Notes under the pieces: generated by a model
The model's database searches: none
What the model saw: only the letters and a program-made list of their open reading frames with translations
What the model was told of the DNA's origin: nothing
Part shown: positions 62,871 to 64,000 of the stretch, in pieces
How positions within the stretch are numbered: position 1 is the stretch's first letter
Layout of the letters: every line of letters begins with the position of its first letter
Program-made: the position numbers and the translations under genes
Assembly (NCBI RefSeq): GCF_006345805.1
Contig: NC_043005.1
Span: forward strand, 109,639,382-109,703,381
Length of the DNA stretch: 64,000 nt
Source: Octopus sinensis
Lineage: Eukaryota
Reading direction: 5' to 3'

Positions 62871-63317
62871 ACTCTTTTACTCTTTTACTCTTTTACTTGT
62901 TTCAGTCATTTGACTGTGGCCATGCTGGAGCACCGCCTTTAGTCAAGCAAATCGACCTCAGAACTTATTTTTTGTAAGTCTAGTACTTATTCTATCGGTC
63001 TCTTTTGCCAAACCGCTAAGTTATAGAGACATAAACACACCAGCATCGGTTGTCAAGCAATGTTGGGGGGACAAACACAGGCACACAAACATATACACAC
63101 ACACATACATATATACACATACATATATACACACATATATATATACAGATATACGACGGGGTTCTTTCAGTTTCCGTCTACCAAATCCACTCACAAGGCT
63201 TTGGTCTGCCCGAGGCTATAGTAGAAGACACTTACCCAAGGTGTCACGCAGTGGGACTGAACCCGAAACCATGTGGTTGGTAAGCCAGCTACTTACCACA
63301 CAGCCATTCCTACGCCT
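62871..63317 (-). mobile_element. SINE family A, full length
   Basis: Reverse-complement match. Confidence 0.9.
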
Positions 63318-64000
63318 CTGTACTGACAGAGATATATAATCTTTTCTCTTTACTACAGGAAATAATCCTGTCCTGGATTAGCACCTGATGTAAAAATAAT
63401 GCTGTTCAGTTTTACAAGTTTATCATCGTCTGTGTCTTTTTTCTTTTAATCTTGTAACTGTGATAGATCTAAAAACTTCATCAGTTCATTTTGTATTGAA
63501 GGAAAGTTAGTCACTACACAACCACGATGTGAATAGGTCACAGTATTTGAAATCACATAAGTCATTATTATTATCATTGTTGTTATTACTCTTTTTCTCT
63601 TCCAAATGAGTTATTTGAGTATTTGGGATGTTTTTCTTCCAATAATTGTTCACTGAAGCTTTCATTTTCTTCATCCACTTATACATATAGTTGTGTGTTT
63701 TCATTTTGTATAGTTTTTTTGCTTTCATTGAAGTGTTTAGACTTGTCACATAATTGTGCAGAATAGTCATTTTGGATGCAAAAATGTAATGAGAGCAAAT
63801 AAAATTTTAAAGTTTGGGAAACAAGTCTCTGTCTTCTTGATGTTATCTACTCACTTCGTACCAACAAAGCTCTTCTTTAACCAACAGCAATAATGGTTCG
63901 TTTTCTAAGCATTCCAAGGAAAAATTCATTTGGTAATACTTAGTACTTAGCTGTATCATGTTTCAAAGACATCTTCACACTGCAAGAATCAAAATTATTA

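Noticed and set aside
42-63283. Hundreds of ORFs rich in YI/HT/CV/LSIY or homopolymeric residues
   Set aside because: Translations of microsatellites and SINEs; no protein-like complexity.
63330-64000. Coding-like minus-strand composition
   Set aside because: Multiple stops and no recognisable motif; cannot be assigned.

Overview
AT-rich, microsatellite-saturated eukaryotic DNA. The SINE/LINE repertoire looks like an octopus (coleoid cephalopod) genome; this is inferred from remembered repeat families, not from a search. No intact host gene, rRNA, true tRNA or CRISPR array can be supported, and nearly all ORFs in the track are translated microsatellites or repeats. The window holds at least four tRNA-derived SINE families, RTE-type 3' ends carrying tandem pseudoknot-like units, and decayed LINEs (R4/Dong-type RLE, CR1, RTE, Jockey/CR1-group). 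It also holds two mariner relics, non-autonomous Helitrons, a solo LTR with a 5-bp TSD, a Penelope GIY-YIG fragment, and a young GC-rich Tx1/L1-clade LINE inside a (CTAT)n tract. The main signal is a set of short non-coding elements inside (TA)n tracts carrying type I hammerhead ribozymes with palindromic stem III. Five cores are near-canonical (33640-33745, 33858-33964, 48673-48745, 58847-58893, 58902-58948) and three are degenerate. Three otherwise divergent families share the order hammerhead, then a TTGRCTGYTATTTCTA box, then a GGT...ACCCT hairpin. They occur as head-to-head palindromes or as a circularly permuted 462-bp unit with terminal direct repeats, which suggests a Penelope-associated or retrozyme-like system. 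Repeat boundaries were set by eye and are approximate unless a TSD is quoted.
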